A stretch of 63,691 nucleotides of DNA, filler included, from Octopus bimaculoides (lineage: Eukaryota): assembly GCF_001194135.2 (NCBI RefSeq). It is 5 parts of 4 records of this genome, joined end to end, with 100 filler letters (N's around TTAATTAATTAA, not from the genome) between each part and the next. Parts side by side here need not be neighbours in the genome. Positions count along the whole stretch, not along the records: positions 1 to 19,675 come from NC_068983.1; 4 more parts are not named here. One strand, written 5' to 3'. Positions 1 through 12,000 of the stretch are shown piece by piece. A program made the position numbers and the translations under genes. Below the pieces are notes generated by a model. That model did no database searches, was not told the origin of the DNA, and worked only from the letters and a program-made list of their open reading frames with translations. How positions within the stretch are numbered: the stretch's first letter is position 1; each line of letters starts with the position of its first letter.

Positions 1-279
1 TCCACAGACACGTGTACCCTTAACGTAGTTCTCGGGGATATTCAGCGTGACACAGCGTGACAAGGCTGACCCTTTGAATTACAGGCACAACAGAAACAGG
101 AAGTAAGAGAAAGTTGTGGTTAAAGAATACAGCAGGGTTTGCCACCACCCCCTGCCGGAGCCTCGTGGAGCATTAGGTGTTTTCGCTCAATAAACACTCA
201 CAACGCCCGGTCTGGGAATCGAAACCGCGATCCTACGACCGCGAGTCCGCTGTCCTAACCACTGGGCCATTGCGCCTCC
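1..279 (-). mobile_element. tRNA-derived SINE, family B (head GGAGGCGCAATGGCCCAGTGG), 3' truncated by window edge
   Basis: A box TGGCCCAGTGG and B box GGTTTCGATTCC. Near-identical copies at 7846, 16852, 25030, 26193. Confidence 0.85.
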
Positions 280-758
280 ACTAACCAAATGACTAATAAT
301 AGAGGAATGGCATTGAACTGGTGTGCGTGTTATTAACATTGGCGTAATGACTCTCCCAAAACAACATAGTTTTCATCTGCTTAGGACAAAATTTCCTATC
401 AGTATGCATTAACAAAAATATCTTGAAGTTTGCCTTTATCTCACCACTAATGTATCCAAACATGACATAGAGTATTACTACTATTGTGCTTTGGACTCTG
501 CCTCTATATTATGTGTTTCTGCCATCGGTTTCAGCTGCTCAAAAATTTCAAATCCGTTCTTTTATTTCCATCTCAAAATTACAGAATGTTACAATGATAG
601 CAAAGTAGAGAATATAACATTTATAGTTGACGATCTGTGAAACAGGCCACTATTGATGGCAGGACGTCAAAGAACCATTTTGCGGTCATGATATGTATAT
701 TGGGCTTCGTATATTTGTACCCAGTGTCACTTTGATGGTATGCATTGCTTTCTCACTC

Positions 759-759
<1 letters not shown>

Positions 760-823
<64 letters not shown>

Positions 824-850
824 CAATAACAACAACAATAATAATAATAA
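760..850. repeat. (AAT)n microsatellite; representative of many (AAT, CA, TA, TATG, TAG, GA, GAA, GAT tracts) across the window
   Basis: Read directly; most N gaps are bordered by such tracts. Confidence 0.95.
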
Positions 851-1449
851 TGGCTTCTGATCTTAATTGATTGGAAGTGTTATCATGTACATTGTTTTGT
901 CTTGGTATAAAAGATGGGCTACAGCAAATATTTTGCTTAATACCACAGATTTGCTTGTCAGTTATTTGACCTTAACCAGTTGAGCATGTCCCTTGGTGGC
1001 TGACGATANNNNNNNNNNNNNNNNNNNNNNNNNNNNNNNNNNNNNNNNNNNNNNNNNNNNNNNNNNNNNNNNNNNNNNNNNNNNNNNNNNNNNNNNNNNN
1101 NNNNNNNNNNNNNNNNNNNNNNNNNNNNNNNNNNNNNNNNNNNNNNNNNNNNNNNNNNNNNNNNNNNNNNNNNNNNNNNNGTTTGAATAATTCACCTTTG
1201 GAAACATGGGTGTGTTGCTCAACAACCTTAAACAAACCTTATTCAGGGACGTTTTGAGGTATTCTAACTGGGTCCCACCTGCGAGGTCATGCGCTGTTTA
1301 TCTTGATATGAGATCACCATGTCACGCACATATGGTTGTGATGCATGTGCCTGCTGTACCCTTATCAGACGGCTAGTCATGATGGGTATAATGGGCTTCG
1401 TATATTTTACACCAGTGCCACTTTGATAGCATGCACTGCTCTCTCACTC

Positions 1450-1493
<44 letters not shown>
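851..1493 (+). mobile_element. Non-autonomous retroelement ending CTCTCACTC(AAT)n, inserted after an earlier copy's (AAT)n tail
   Basis: 3' end 1375-1450 closely matches 680-760; both are followed by (AAT)n. Confidence 0.65.
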
Positions 1494-1494
<1 letters not shown>

Positions 1495-2859
1495 TTTTTG
1501 TATTATGATAACGAGGCCTTAAATTTTGGAGGAGTGAGTTAGTTGATTACATCGATAACTCAACTGATAACTATTTTATCGATATGAAAAGGATGAAAGG
1601 CAAAGTCAACTACAACGAAATTTTTACTCAGAACGTAATAATGGTTTGTATTTAGGTACGAGATGAATGTTATATAAATGATAAATACAAACAGAGGTAA
1701 CAAGCATTACATGATTCAATAGACATGTAGGAATTGAAGGTATCCGTTTTGAAGTGAGAAGCCATGTTTATTGCGCTATTGTGATAGCTTTACTTCTTTA
1801 TAAAGCTATTGAAAATTTTGTGTATGTTTTTATTTTTTTTTCATCCGAGATAATTTTATGAAGAATGACTCCTGAATAGGATTGCATGTGTGAATAAATC
1901 TTGTGAATGTTGTTGTATTACTCGCACGGAGAAATTTGGCACTATCGCAGTTGTTTGATAACTCTAGAGCCAACGGATATGAGGGCAGAACGCCAAGATG
2001 AAAGTTATTGTAAAATTTGATTTGGTTTGACTGTCTGGAAACTTTAAAACTCTGGCGAAAATTACTGTGTCAGAGTTACACATTTTTAAATTTAAACTAG
2101 TCTCATGTCTCGTTTTTGTAAATGTTGTACTTTACTAAAAAGTAATGACCTCACGAAATAACACAGTAATTTAAATGACAACTAATAATAATCTAAGGAT
2201 TGTTTAGTAACAAGTCTAGCTTTATAGGGGTTTTTCTGTAAATCTCGAGATATTTACAGCGTTCTGTGATGGTATCCTATATCGGAGGTACGGTAAAAGT
2301 TGTGAACACAGCTTGTTTTCTGAGATTTAGATTTTAACAGCAATCTTTGTCTAATATTTGGTAATATGCACTGATCTGTTCCGTTAGATCAAGACCTTCA
2401 ATCTCAAGTTTTAAACACGTTCTTTTAAACACGTTCTTTTAAACACGTCCTTTTAAACACGAAGGTGGTGGTGGTGGTGGTGGTGGTGGTCACCAACAAA
2501 TTCTCAGATCCCATTTGAACAGGCTCAAGAGCAAGAAAAAGAAAGATTGTGAGTGCTGTCGTGCTCACATTAAGTCCCAGGGACTTTTGATGATAGATGC
2601 AGCAGGAGACCAGAAGGGATGATAGATGCTGTCAAGGACCAGAAGCATCTTAATGATGAGGCAGAGATCCTCCTCAAGAATCTCCAGGACTAGGAGATAA
2701 GTTTATCGATATGTACGACCTCTTGGAAGCAGATTCTCAACCTCTTCAAAACCAACAGAAGAATGGGGAGTAGTTTCTTGACTAATTTCCCAGATCTGGT
2801 GGCACCTGCAGTGTTCAACTATAAAGTCCTGGATAATATCGTCATCCTCTAGTGCCCGC

Positions 2860-3965
2860 TCGCTACCAGAGTCAACACCTTCCACGAATATGCTGACAGG
2901 ATATTCATGTTTTACCTGGAAAAGCTACTGGTTGCTACGAGGTTAGATGTTGTGCGTGTCACTTATATAGAAGGGAGTTTAAGGGAGTTTATATAAGAAA
3001 TGAGATGTAAGGGTGTATACAGGAAAGTACTGAGCAAGACTAAAATGCCAGTCAATTGGATGGACTCCCTCCTTGACCCAATGAATATGAGTAACTTCCA
3101 AAGTACAAAAGTGAAACTAGCTTCCAGCCAAAGGCATATGTGTAACATCAATAGAAGAAATGACATCTTCATGCAAAACTGCATTCGTGAAGAGGCTCAT
3201 TTGTGTATTACGTACTGCATGCATTGAATAACAGAGAAACGTCTAGACAAGTTCGCACCGTAGACACGAATGTAGACACATTCTGGGATTTGATTGCTAG
3301 TCAACGTTTGACGGACATCTGTTTGGCTTTTTTAATTGGAAACAATGATCGATTTTACATCAGCGTCATACGCGCATGCGTGTAAGAGTCATGATCATAA
3401 GAATTACTTATATTTCATATATTTTCAAATTGCGACACAACTATCTTTCAACAGCAAGCGAAGGAAATTATTTTGGCAGAACTCTCAGGCATAAAAAGAA
3501 ACTGTAGAGACATTTTGTGAGACTGTCAAGTCAACCATTTAAACAGTAAATTAATAACAACAGCTCTGCCAAGAAGTTCGAGCGACTGACTGTTATATTG
3601 TTATGACAAAACCAGTCTGTTGATATCCATCAAAAAGACACAAAAAAAACTCCTTTTATCAGAAGAATCGAACGATAGACAAATTGTCACACATCAGTGA
3701 CTCGCTTTTCCAGCATCCCTGTCGCATTGGGTAGCAAGCATGTATTTGAACAATCAACATACAGACACAGTTAGTGGTTCCTGCTCCACAAGGTTTTGTC
3801 TACACCAAAGTACGAAAGACGTGAGAATTCCCTTTGGTAGTAATTCCAATGGTTTCCATAGTTGCCAAGGCGTGTAGGGAAGTGATCAAATGTTCCTCCG
3901 ACTACGAGTGTAACGAAGCAAATCTGGGCGACTCACTCCTTTGCAAGCGCAAATACAGCCCATAG
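2860..3965 (+). mobile_element. Decayed DNA-transposon-associated ORF with XPG/FEN1-like acidic motifs and C-terminal Cys cluster
   Basis: Collinear frameshifted peptides HEYADRIF..RLDVV..Y.EGSL, KGVYRKV..KMPVNW, REEAH, VRTVDTNV, CDTT, KFERLTVIL/YDKTS, VAKACREVIKCS...LCK. Superfamily not assigned. Confidence 0.65.
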
Positions 3966-5017
3966 AACAAGTTAACTGAATATTGGTGTAGGGACATCAC
4001 AAAACAGTGCAGCGTATTTGGCTAAAAGGTCGATGTCGGTATAAAAGTACAATGTTTGAAAATAAAGCTCTGTAAATTTTCAATGATTGTAGCTACTTTA
4101 ATAAGTGATATTAGCATTTATTTCGACCTCGTATAATTCACAGGACAATAATATTTTCGCATAAATGTCGGGTTTTAATTACATGAATTTATTCATTATT
4201 TTTGTTTCGTTTTGTTCTGTTTTTTTTTTCTTCATATTTTTAAACAATTTTTAAATGCATATTTTAATAACTCCCGATAGCTCTTAAGTTTACACTCATT
4301 AATAGGCTCTAAGGGAACCTCTAGGCAAATATAAAACTTTTATCGAGCCTGTAACGGAAATATCATTATGAAGCAGACTTCCTCTAGAAGTTGAGAAATA
4401 TGTTATCTCCGTCTGTTATTTTCAGGTGGAATTCGAGCAGCGAAAGGCATCTCGATTCTACAAGACGTTTGATGTCGAAATCAATTTGTGCACCGGAGTC
4501 AAAATATTTTTGGTTTATTTTACTTGTTTTTTGTTTGAGGAATTCGTTTTGTTTTTCTTGATTCTCTTTTACTCCTTGTTCTTTGTTAGATTCATCGGTT
4601 ATCTAGTAAACAGAGAACAATTTTTATGTTCTATATTCCTAAACTACTTACAACAGTCTTTCATTACATTGCTACTTTCTTCTATATTACCGCTATATAT
4701 TTGTACAATTATAGGATTTCCCTTCTATCTCCCAGTAGTTTGAATAACTGTCGGTTTTTACTCGAGGTGTTTTTTCCCCGCTATTAAATTGATCATCGTT
4801 CAATTCATTATGTTGTTACATTCAATCATTATTGCCAAAGCTAATCTATTAATGCCCAGCGATACATTGTTAATAATTACCTCTATCATTAATACCCTTA
4901 TTATAGTGGAGATTATGTAATGGAAAGCAGCTAGCCCTTCCTCTCCCTACCAATCACTTTCTCCCTCATGTCAGCTCTTACACCAACCACCCATTCTATA
5001 AAATGAAATAAAAAAAT

Positions 5018-5054
<37 letters not shown>

Positions 5055-5371
5055 CATAGATAATTTTGTTTAATTTGCCTTACAATATTTTCCTCTATTT
5101 AAGTTGATGTCAATGCATGTCAGCTGATCTTGACATTTAACAAAGAAGCTTCCACACTATTGCGTCTGATGTCTTCGTATAACTCTCAATCTATCCTGCC
5201 TTCCTAAGTGCAACCGATGCTTTTGCTTCCTTGCCAAAAGTATTTGCCCAAATTCGCAGAATTCTCTTTCCTTATACTTCCAACAACGATAGTTCTGTAA
5301 GCAGTACACTCGCAACTATACCGTCTTAAATTTGGAAACGAAACTTTGGACAATGAATTACACTGGTTAAA

Positions 5372-6213
5372 TACACTGGTTTTAAGGCTAAATTTGACGA
5401 TATGTCTTCTTTTTTCAGGAACAGCCTCATGTATTGGTGAACAGACGACAGCATTTGAGAACATAAAGACTGAGGTTGTAGTTGAGAAAAAGTTAGCTGA
5501 CATGGAGGACTCGAAGCCATTTGAAAATTAGAAAGGACAAAATACCGACATCAGGACTGCTGTCCATTGCTCTGTGAACATTGGTATGGCTGTAAGACAT
5601 GACAACGATATCATGAAACCGAGTTACCCCAAACTCATGGGCTTTAGGTGCGTCTCTAGTGAGAGCTGTCCCACATCTTTGGACAGGACTTTGACTCAAC
5701 TTAGACCACTGTGTAAAGCTGGTAGAGACTGTCGTCAAACCCTAGCTAGAAAGGGTTTGCTGCTAGAAGGCTACATGTGTGACAGCAGAATTCGGTTCCT
5801 CGCCTTATCTCCGGAAAGCGTCAGTAGTGGTTGTCGAATAATTTCTGCGACTTCACCAGCTTCAATTTATGGCCTCCTAACTTCCCCGATTGTAATCTTA
5901 TGGATTATTATGTGTGAGACGCGGCCGAGGAAGACGCCAACTGCTCTGCCTGCAACACCAAGGCCGAACTGATGGCCAAAACCGAAGAGGTATTCGTGAA
6001 GATCTTCCTCGAGACACTGCGGAGAACGCATGCGTCAGGTCTCGGAGCCGTCTTGAGGCCGCAGTGGAAGCAGAGGGCAGCTACTTTGAGTAAATTCATA
6101 TCTCATCCATAATCTAGTTGGTATTTGATGTTTTAAAATACTTTTATTTTTGGATGGAATATAGTGTTTTCGTTTACTTTTATGCAACTGTCAAATTTAG
6201 CCTGTACACCCTG
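5372..6213 (+). mobile_element. Internally deleted Tc1/mariner element
   Basis: Terminal inverted AGGCTAAATTTGAC (5385-5398) / GTCAAATTTAGCCT (6190-6203). Decayed transposase WPPNFPDCNLMDYYV* ... EAAVEAEGSYFE*. Confidence 0.8.
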
Positions 6214-6943
6214 NNNNNNNNNNNNNNNNNNNNNNNNNNNNNNNNNNNNNNNNNNNNNNNNNNNNNNNNNNNNNNNNNNNNNNNNNNNNNNNNNNNNNNN
6301 NNNNNNNNNNNNNNNNNNNNNNNNNNNNNNNNNNNNNNNNNNNNNNNNNNNNNNNNNNNNNNNNNNNNNNNNNNNNNNNNNNNNNNNNNNNNNNNNNNNN
6401 NNNNNNNNNNNNNNNNNNNNNNNNNNNNNNNNNNNNNNNNNNNNNNNNNNNNNNNNNNNNNNNNNNNNNNNNNNNNNNNNNNNNNNNNNNNNNNNNNNNN
6501 NNNNNNNNNNNNNNNNNNNNNNNNNNNNNNNNNNNNNNNNNNNNNNNNNNNNNNNNNNNNNNNNNNNNNNNNNNNNNNNNNNNNNNNNNNNNNNNNNNNN
6601 NNNNNNNNNNNNNNNNNNNNNNNNNNNNNNNNNNNNNNNNNNNNNNNNNNNNNNNNNNNNNNNNNNNNNNNNNNNNNNNNNNNNNNNNNNNNNNNNNNNN
6701 NNNNNNNNNNNNNNNNNNNNNNNNNNNNNNNNNNNNNNNNNNNNNNNNNNNNNNNNNNNNNNNNNNNNNNNNNNNNNNNNNNNNNNNNNNNNNNNNNNNN
6801 NNNNNNNNNNNNNNNNNNNNNNNNNNNNNNNNNNNNNNNNNNNNNNNNNNNNNNNNNNNNNNNNNNNNNNNNNNNNNNNNNNNNNNNNNNNNNNNNNNNN
6901 NNNNNNNNNNNNNNNNNNNNNNNNNNNNNNNNNNNNNNNNNNN

Positions 6944-7590
6944 GTGTGCGGTATCAGAATTCGCTATATGGGGTCCGTACTTCTTTGAAGAAGACAACGT
7001 TACAGTGACTGTGAACTCTGATCGATATTGTGAGATGCTAGAGAATTTTCTCAGACCTAAATTGAATATGCTCCACGATACGGAAAACGTTTGGTTTCAA
7101 CAGGATGGGGCAACAGCCCACACTTCTCGACGTGCGATGGGAATTTTGAGGGAGATGTTTCCTGGTCATTTAATCTCATTGCGTGGTGACATCGGTTGGC
7201 CCGCCCGATCACCTGATTTTTTCCTCTGGGGATACCACAAGTCAAAGGTATACACTAATCGCCCTCGATCTTTTGAACAACTTAAAGATGCCATTCGTCA
7301 AGAAATTGCTGCCATTCCTCATGAAATGATGCGCCGAGTTATGGACAACTTTCATGAACGCCTTCGACAGTGTGTGAACAATGACGGCTCCCATTTGACT
7401 GATTTAATTTTTAAAACCAAATGAAACAAAATGGCATTATTTATTTATTTATTTATGTGTTTCAGCCAAGTGGCTGCGGTCATGCTGGTGCATATGTACT
7501 TTTCAAAAATAATTTTTCTTTTTGTTTCTTTACTTTTTTAATTTTCTTTTTAATCCAAAAATGTGTCAGATCATTTTGCCGGACCCTGTA
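6944..7590 (+). mobile_element. Tc1/mariner transposase 3' part plus right TIR, inactive
   Basis: VWFQQDGATAHT, WPARSPD|FFLWGY (the segment carrying the last catalytic acidic residue is deleted), stop at 7424. Ends GTCAGATCATTTTGCCGGACCCTG-TA. Confidence 0.88.
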
Positions 7591-7742
7591 CAACGGACTC
7601 CTTTCAGTTTTCGACCACCAAATTCATTCACAAGGCTTTCGGTCGGGGCTCTAGTTGAAGACACATGCTTAAGGTGGGCAACTGTTTTCTGAATTCAGTA
7701 GGGCTGAACCTAGAATTATGTGGATAGAAGGCAAACTTCTTA

Positions 7743-7775
<33 letters not shown>

Positions 7776-7845
7776 ACACATATACACACATACGCGTGTA
7801 AGGTACTAAGCTGCAGTTGCAGTTGTTGTTACTGGTATATATATA

Positions 7846-8207
7846 TTGTTGTTGTTGGCACTTCGTCGCTCACGACGTCGAGGGTTCCAGTCGATCCGAT
7901 CAACGGAACAGCCTGCTCGTGAAATTAACGTGCAAGTGGCTGAGCACTCCACAGACACGTGTACCCTTAACGTAGTTCTTGGGGATATTCAGCGTGACAC
8001 AGTGTGACAAGGCTGGCCCTTTGAATTACAGGTACAACAGAAACAGGAAGAAAGAGTGAGAGAAAGTTGTGGTGAAAGAGTACAGCAGGGTTCGCCACCA
8101 TCCCCTGCCAGAGCCTCGTGGAGCTTTTAAGTGTTTTCGCTCAATAAACACTAATAACGCCCGGTCTGGGAATCGAAACCGTGATCCTATGACCGTGAGT
8201 CCGCTGC
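7846..8207 (-). mobile_element. SINE family B, head lost in gap
   Basis: Matches the other family B copies; (CAA)n tail. Confidence 0.85.
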
Positions 8208-9040
8208 NNNNNNNNNNNNNNNNNNNNNNNNNNNNNNNNNNNNNNNNNNNNNNNNNNNNNNNNNNNNNNNNNNNNNNNNNNNNNNNNNNNNNNNNNNNNN
8301 NNNNNNNNNNNNNNNNNNNNNNNNNNNNNNNNNNNNNNNNNNNNNNNNNNNNNNNNNNNNNNNNNNNNNNNNNNNNNNNNNNNNNNNNNNNNNNNNNNNN
8401 NNNNNNNNNNNNNNNNNNNNNNNNNNNNNNNNNNNNNNNNNNNNNNNNNNNNNNNNNNNNNNNNNNNNNNNNNNNNNNNNNNNNNNNNNNNNNNNNNNNN
8501 NNNNNNNNNNNNNNNNNNNNNNNNNNNNNNNNNNNNNNNNNNNNNNNNNNNNNNNNNNNNNNNNNNNNNNNNNNNNNNNNNNNNNNNNNNNNNNNNNNNN
8601 NNNNNNNNNNNNNNNNNNNNNNNNNNNNNNNNNNNNNNNNNNNNNNNNNNNNNNNNNNNNNNNNNNNNNNNNNNNNNNNNNNNNNNNNNNNNNNNNNNNN
8701 NNNNNNNNNNNNNNNNNNNNNNNNNNNNNNNNNNNNNNNNNNNNNNNNNNNNNNNNNNNNNNNNNNNNNNNNNNNNNNNNNNNNNNNNNNNNNNNNNNNN
8801 NNNNNNNNNNNNNNNNNNNNNNNNNNNNNNNNNNNNNNNNNNNNNNNNNNNNNNNNNNNNNNNNNNNNNNNNNNNNNNNNNNNNNNNNNNNNNNNNNNNN
8901 NNNNNNNNNNNNNNNNNNNNNNNNNNNNNNNNNNNNNNNNNNNNNNNNNNNNNNNNNNNNNNNNNNNNNNNNNNNNNNNNNNNNNNNNNNNNNNNNNNNN
9001 NNNCTTCGTTTTATTTGCTTTTTTCATTTTAAATTTGCTT

Positions 9041-9108
9041 TAACCCTAACCCTAACCCTAACCCTAACCCTAGGGTTAGGGTTAGGGTTAGGGTTAGGGT
9101 TAGGGTTA
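9041..9108. repeat. Inverted telomere-type repeat (TAACCC)5-TA-(GGGTTA)6
   Basis: Perfect 62-bp palindrome at 9041-9102, read directly. Confidence 0.95.
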
Positions 9109-9639
9109 ATTGTTTCAGAATCGTTTGTTTATGTAGTCGGCACTTAATGTATATCGGCTGAATGGACGTCAGTGATTGGTTGAAATTACAGAAATACGAC
9201 AACTTTAGCATGGAATAACTTATGGATTTCTTTTTTTTTTTTAAGAAGACTAAGAGAAAAAGATGTTTTATATGACACATTCTACCAGTGTTCCAAGTTT
9301 CAAAGTGTTTCGTTAATGAAAAATGTGGCCCCCGTTTTAAAAAAGATCCGCATTCCAGCATCGACAATTCCTGCCTTTTAGAAGTATAAAGGACTACATT
9401 ATTTGATATATCTTTTCATTTCCCGTTTTAATTTGGGGAATAATTTGGTGTTACTTCTAACAGATCGAGCGACCACATGGAGATTCCTGCTTTCGCTCAT
9501 AATGCTGCTGCTGCTGTTGTTGTTGTTGTTGTTGTTGTTGCAACGGCACTTTCTTCTAACAGTGTAAACTTCGCATTACGAGCGAAAGAGAGAGCCTCTA
9601 CGTGGTCGCTCGCTCTGTTAGAAATAGAAAGTGAGTTTG

Positions 9640-10425
9640 GGCTTGGGTTCACAAAGGAGATCCTACTTCATATCAGACCTGGTGAAATGAAAAAGACCTC
9701 AGACCTTACCCATCTGATCAATGGAGTGGAACTGCGTGTGGCAGTTGAAGGAAGCAAGCCAATATGTCGCTTGTGTGTTACGAAAAACCACTTCAGAGTT
9801 TTCTGTAACTAAAAACAAAAAAAAAAGAAACAGGTGTGTGAAGCCCCTACTACCGCCGAGGCGAGCCACGATTACAGCATACAGCAGTAGCAGAGAAGGG
9901 AACATGAACAACAACGGCGCCAAGTCGAAATCCGAGAGGTTAGAAGAAACAGATGAATTCTCTTTAACCCGTCAAATTTTCACGCCATCACTACCAAAAC
10001 TACCACCACCTCAGTCACATCAAAATCAGCTAATCCCGTAACCACACTTCTAACAACACGAAATTGTACAGATGAGACAACCATAGAGCAACAACAGAAA
10101 CAACAATACCAACAATAACAGCAATAACAAGAAAGGCTGATGTTGCACTGAAAGGAAGGCTATTGGTTTAGTAAATCCAGATCACTGGATGCGGTCGCCA
10201 TAAGCGAATCATGGATTTCCAGGATGCACGCACTCGTGCCCTTTTTGATTACTATAAGGTGTACGCGTCTCTCAGTGGACCTGGATCGGGTGGAGTAACA
10301 GTACTTTTTTGAAAAGGCTTGGCTCTCGAAGTACAGACGATCGTATTAGATTCGAACAGAAGATCGGTAGTGCTGGACGTGAGCACCAGCAAGAGCTATG
10401 CCTTCAGATTAGCGGTCGTCTATAA
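9640..10425 (+). mobile_element. Tx1/L1-type LINE 5' relic (ORF1 zinc knuckle plus start of APE endonuclease)
   Basis: CRLCVTKNHFRVFC = CX2CX4HX4C. Later SGPGSGGVTVLF*KGLALEVQTIVLDSNRRSVVLDV...AFRLAVVY. Confidence 0.7.
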
Positions 10426-10779
10426 CTTGACAGAATCAAGGTAGCCGGATTTCTTCAGACTTCTAGAATCATTTTGGAGTACGTTCTTCTCTTTAGTGCG
10501 AATGGGAAACTGAAATGTTTTTTTTTTTATGCACGTTAGGATTACATGAGCTGATAGGAGACATTTTGAGCAAAACCCTTGCAAATCTGCTCTGATTGTT
10601 CCAATCACAAATATTGTTTCGACTGGATTTCTTGATTGCGTAATTGTGGAATTAGAACAACTGCATTCTGTTATTTAAATCGTAACTAGTCACAGATTTA
10701 CTAGATCAGGTGCCAGTGATGTTGTTGAGAGTCCATAATTTCAACCAGTCGGTTATATAAATGAAACAATGAAATGCAA

Positions 10780-11174
10780 TATTTTCTTTAATGATTCATT
10801 TTTTGGAACACTCACTAGGACTTTATCCAAATGATGTGAGGGGCGAACACGGTGAACGTTTTTACCAGGATGTTTCTACCACAGAAAAGCATTAGCTAGG
10901 CAACTGGAAACTCAGTATGTTTACTCATCACTTCTGAATTCTTAAGAGAATTTTCTGGAGCAAAGTGCAGCAGAAAATCAAATCAAACTACTTTTTAAAC
11001 AAGTGTGCCTTTTCGGAAGTATTTTATTAATAATAAATGTCTTTCAAAATTTAATTATATTCCACGCAAAAACCTGAGCTGATGGAGAAATGTTACAAAC
11101 TTATTTTGATTAAACACAAAAGAATACCAGTTATTTTCATCCTTGAGACACGAAAAAATATTTGTTCCCCAGTG
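10780..11174 (+). mobile_element. Chapaev3-like (CMC) transposase C-terminal relic with right terminus
   Basis: IHFLEHSLGLYPN...EHGERFYQDVSTTEK resembles IHFLHSHLDFFP..EHGERFHQDI..MEKRY. Ends ...CCCAGTG (CACTG-type terminus). Confidence 0.6.
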
Positions 11175-11429
11175 TTAAATATTTATTGCCATAACACTTC
11201 ATTCCCTTTGGAAAAGCATTAACGTCACATTTTCCCAATTTTCTCCTTCAGACTGAAATATTGTCCCTCTAGAGGAAACAATTATTTATTTGAATGACGT
11301 AACAGATGACACAGTTTGCAGAGAGCCGAAGTTTGGAACATGTATCAAATGTCAAACTTAACCCCTTCACTTGTGCCGAATATGCTGTATTGTAGAGATA
11401 TCTTTATTTATTAACTGTACTGGTTGATA

Positions 11430-12000
11430 TATTTAGCTGTTTGCTACAGTAAAAGTCATATGCAGTTGTTAATTACTGTACTGATATCTGTAGTCAATCA
11501 CTACTGCACTGATACTTTTTGTTGCTTAATAATTTATTGATATCTTTAGTGGTTCACCACTGCACTGATATCTCTAATTGTTCACTACTGCACTGATCTC
11601 CTAAGTTACTCAATATTGTACTTATTATGAAGCAATATTCTTTTCTACTATAAGCACAAGGCCCGAAATTTCTGAGGAGGGGCCAGTCGACTAGATCGAC
11701 ACCAGTACGCTACTGATACTTAATTTATCGACTCCGAAAGGATGAAAGGCAAAGTCGACCTATGCGGAATTTGAACTCAGAACGTAAAGACAGACGAAAT
11801 ACCGCTAAGCATTTCGCCCGGCGTGCTAACTTTTCTGCAAGCTCGCCGCCTTATTATAAAGCAATATTGTGCAATCTTTAGCTTTTCACTACAGTACTGA
11901 TATCATTCGGTGTTCAATAGTGTATTGATATCGTAAGTTAACTACTGCACTGATATCGTTAGTTGCTCATTCCTGTACTAATATCTTTAGTTATTCAATT
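11430..12000. repeat. Degenerate ~30-bp tandem repeat (ACTACTGCACTGATATC core), split by a SINE
   Basis: Core recurs on both sides of the 11640-11850 SINE. Confidence 0.7.
11640..11850 (-). mobile_element. tRNA-derived SINE, family A (head GGCGGCGAGCTGGCAGAAACGTTAG)
   Basis: B-box-like GAGTTCAAATTC. 18-nt near-perfect TSD TTATTAT(G/A)AAGCAATATT at 11622-11639 and 11851-11868. Further partial copies near 1515, 14935, 17215, 18880, 31790, 41905, 48391, 59790. Confidence 0.88.

Noticed and set aside
4426-4743. Plus-strand TTTTCAG acceptor and hydrophobic 105-aa ORF
   Set aside because: T-rich low-complexity sequence, no family motif, no partner exon found.
9041-9108. Ancestral telomere-telomere fusion site
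   Set aside because: Orientation is CCCTAA then TTAGGG, the reverse of a fusion signature, and the tract is short.
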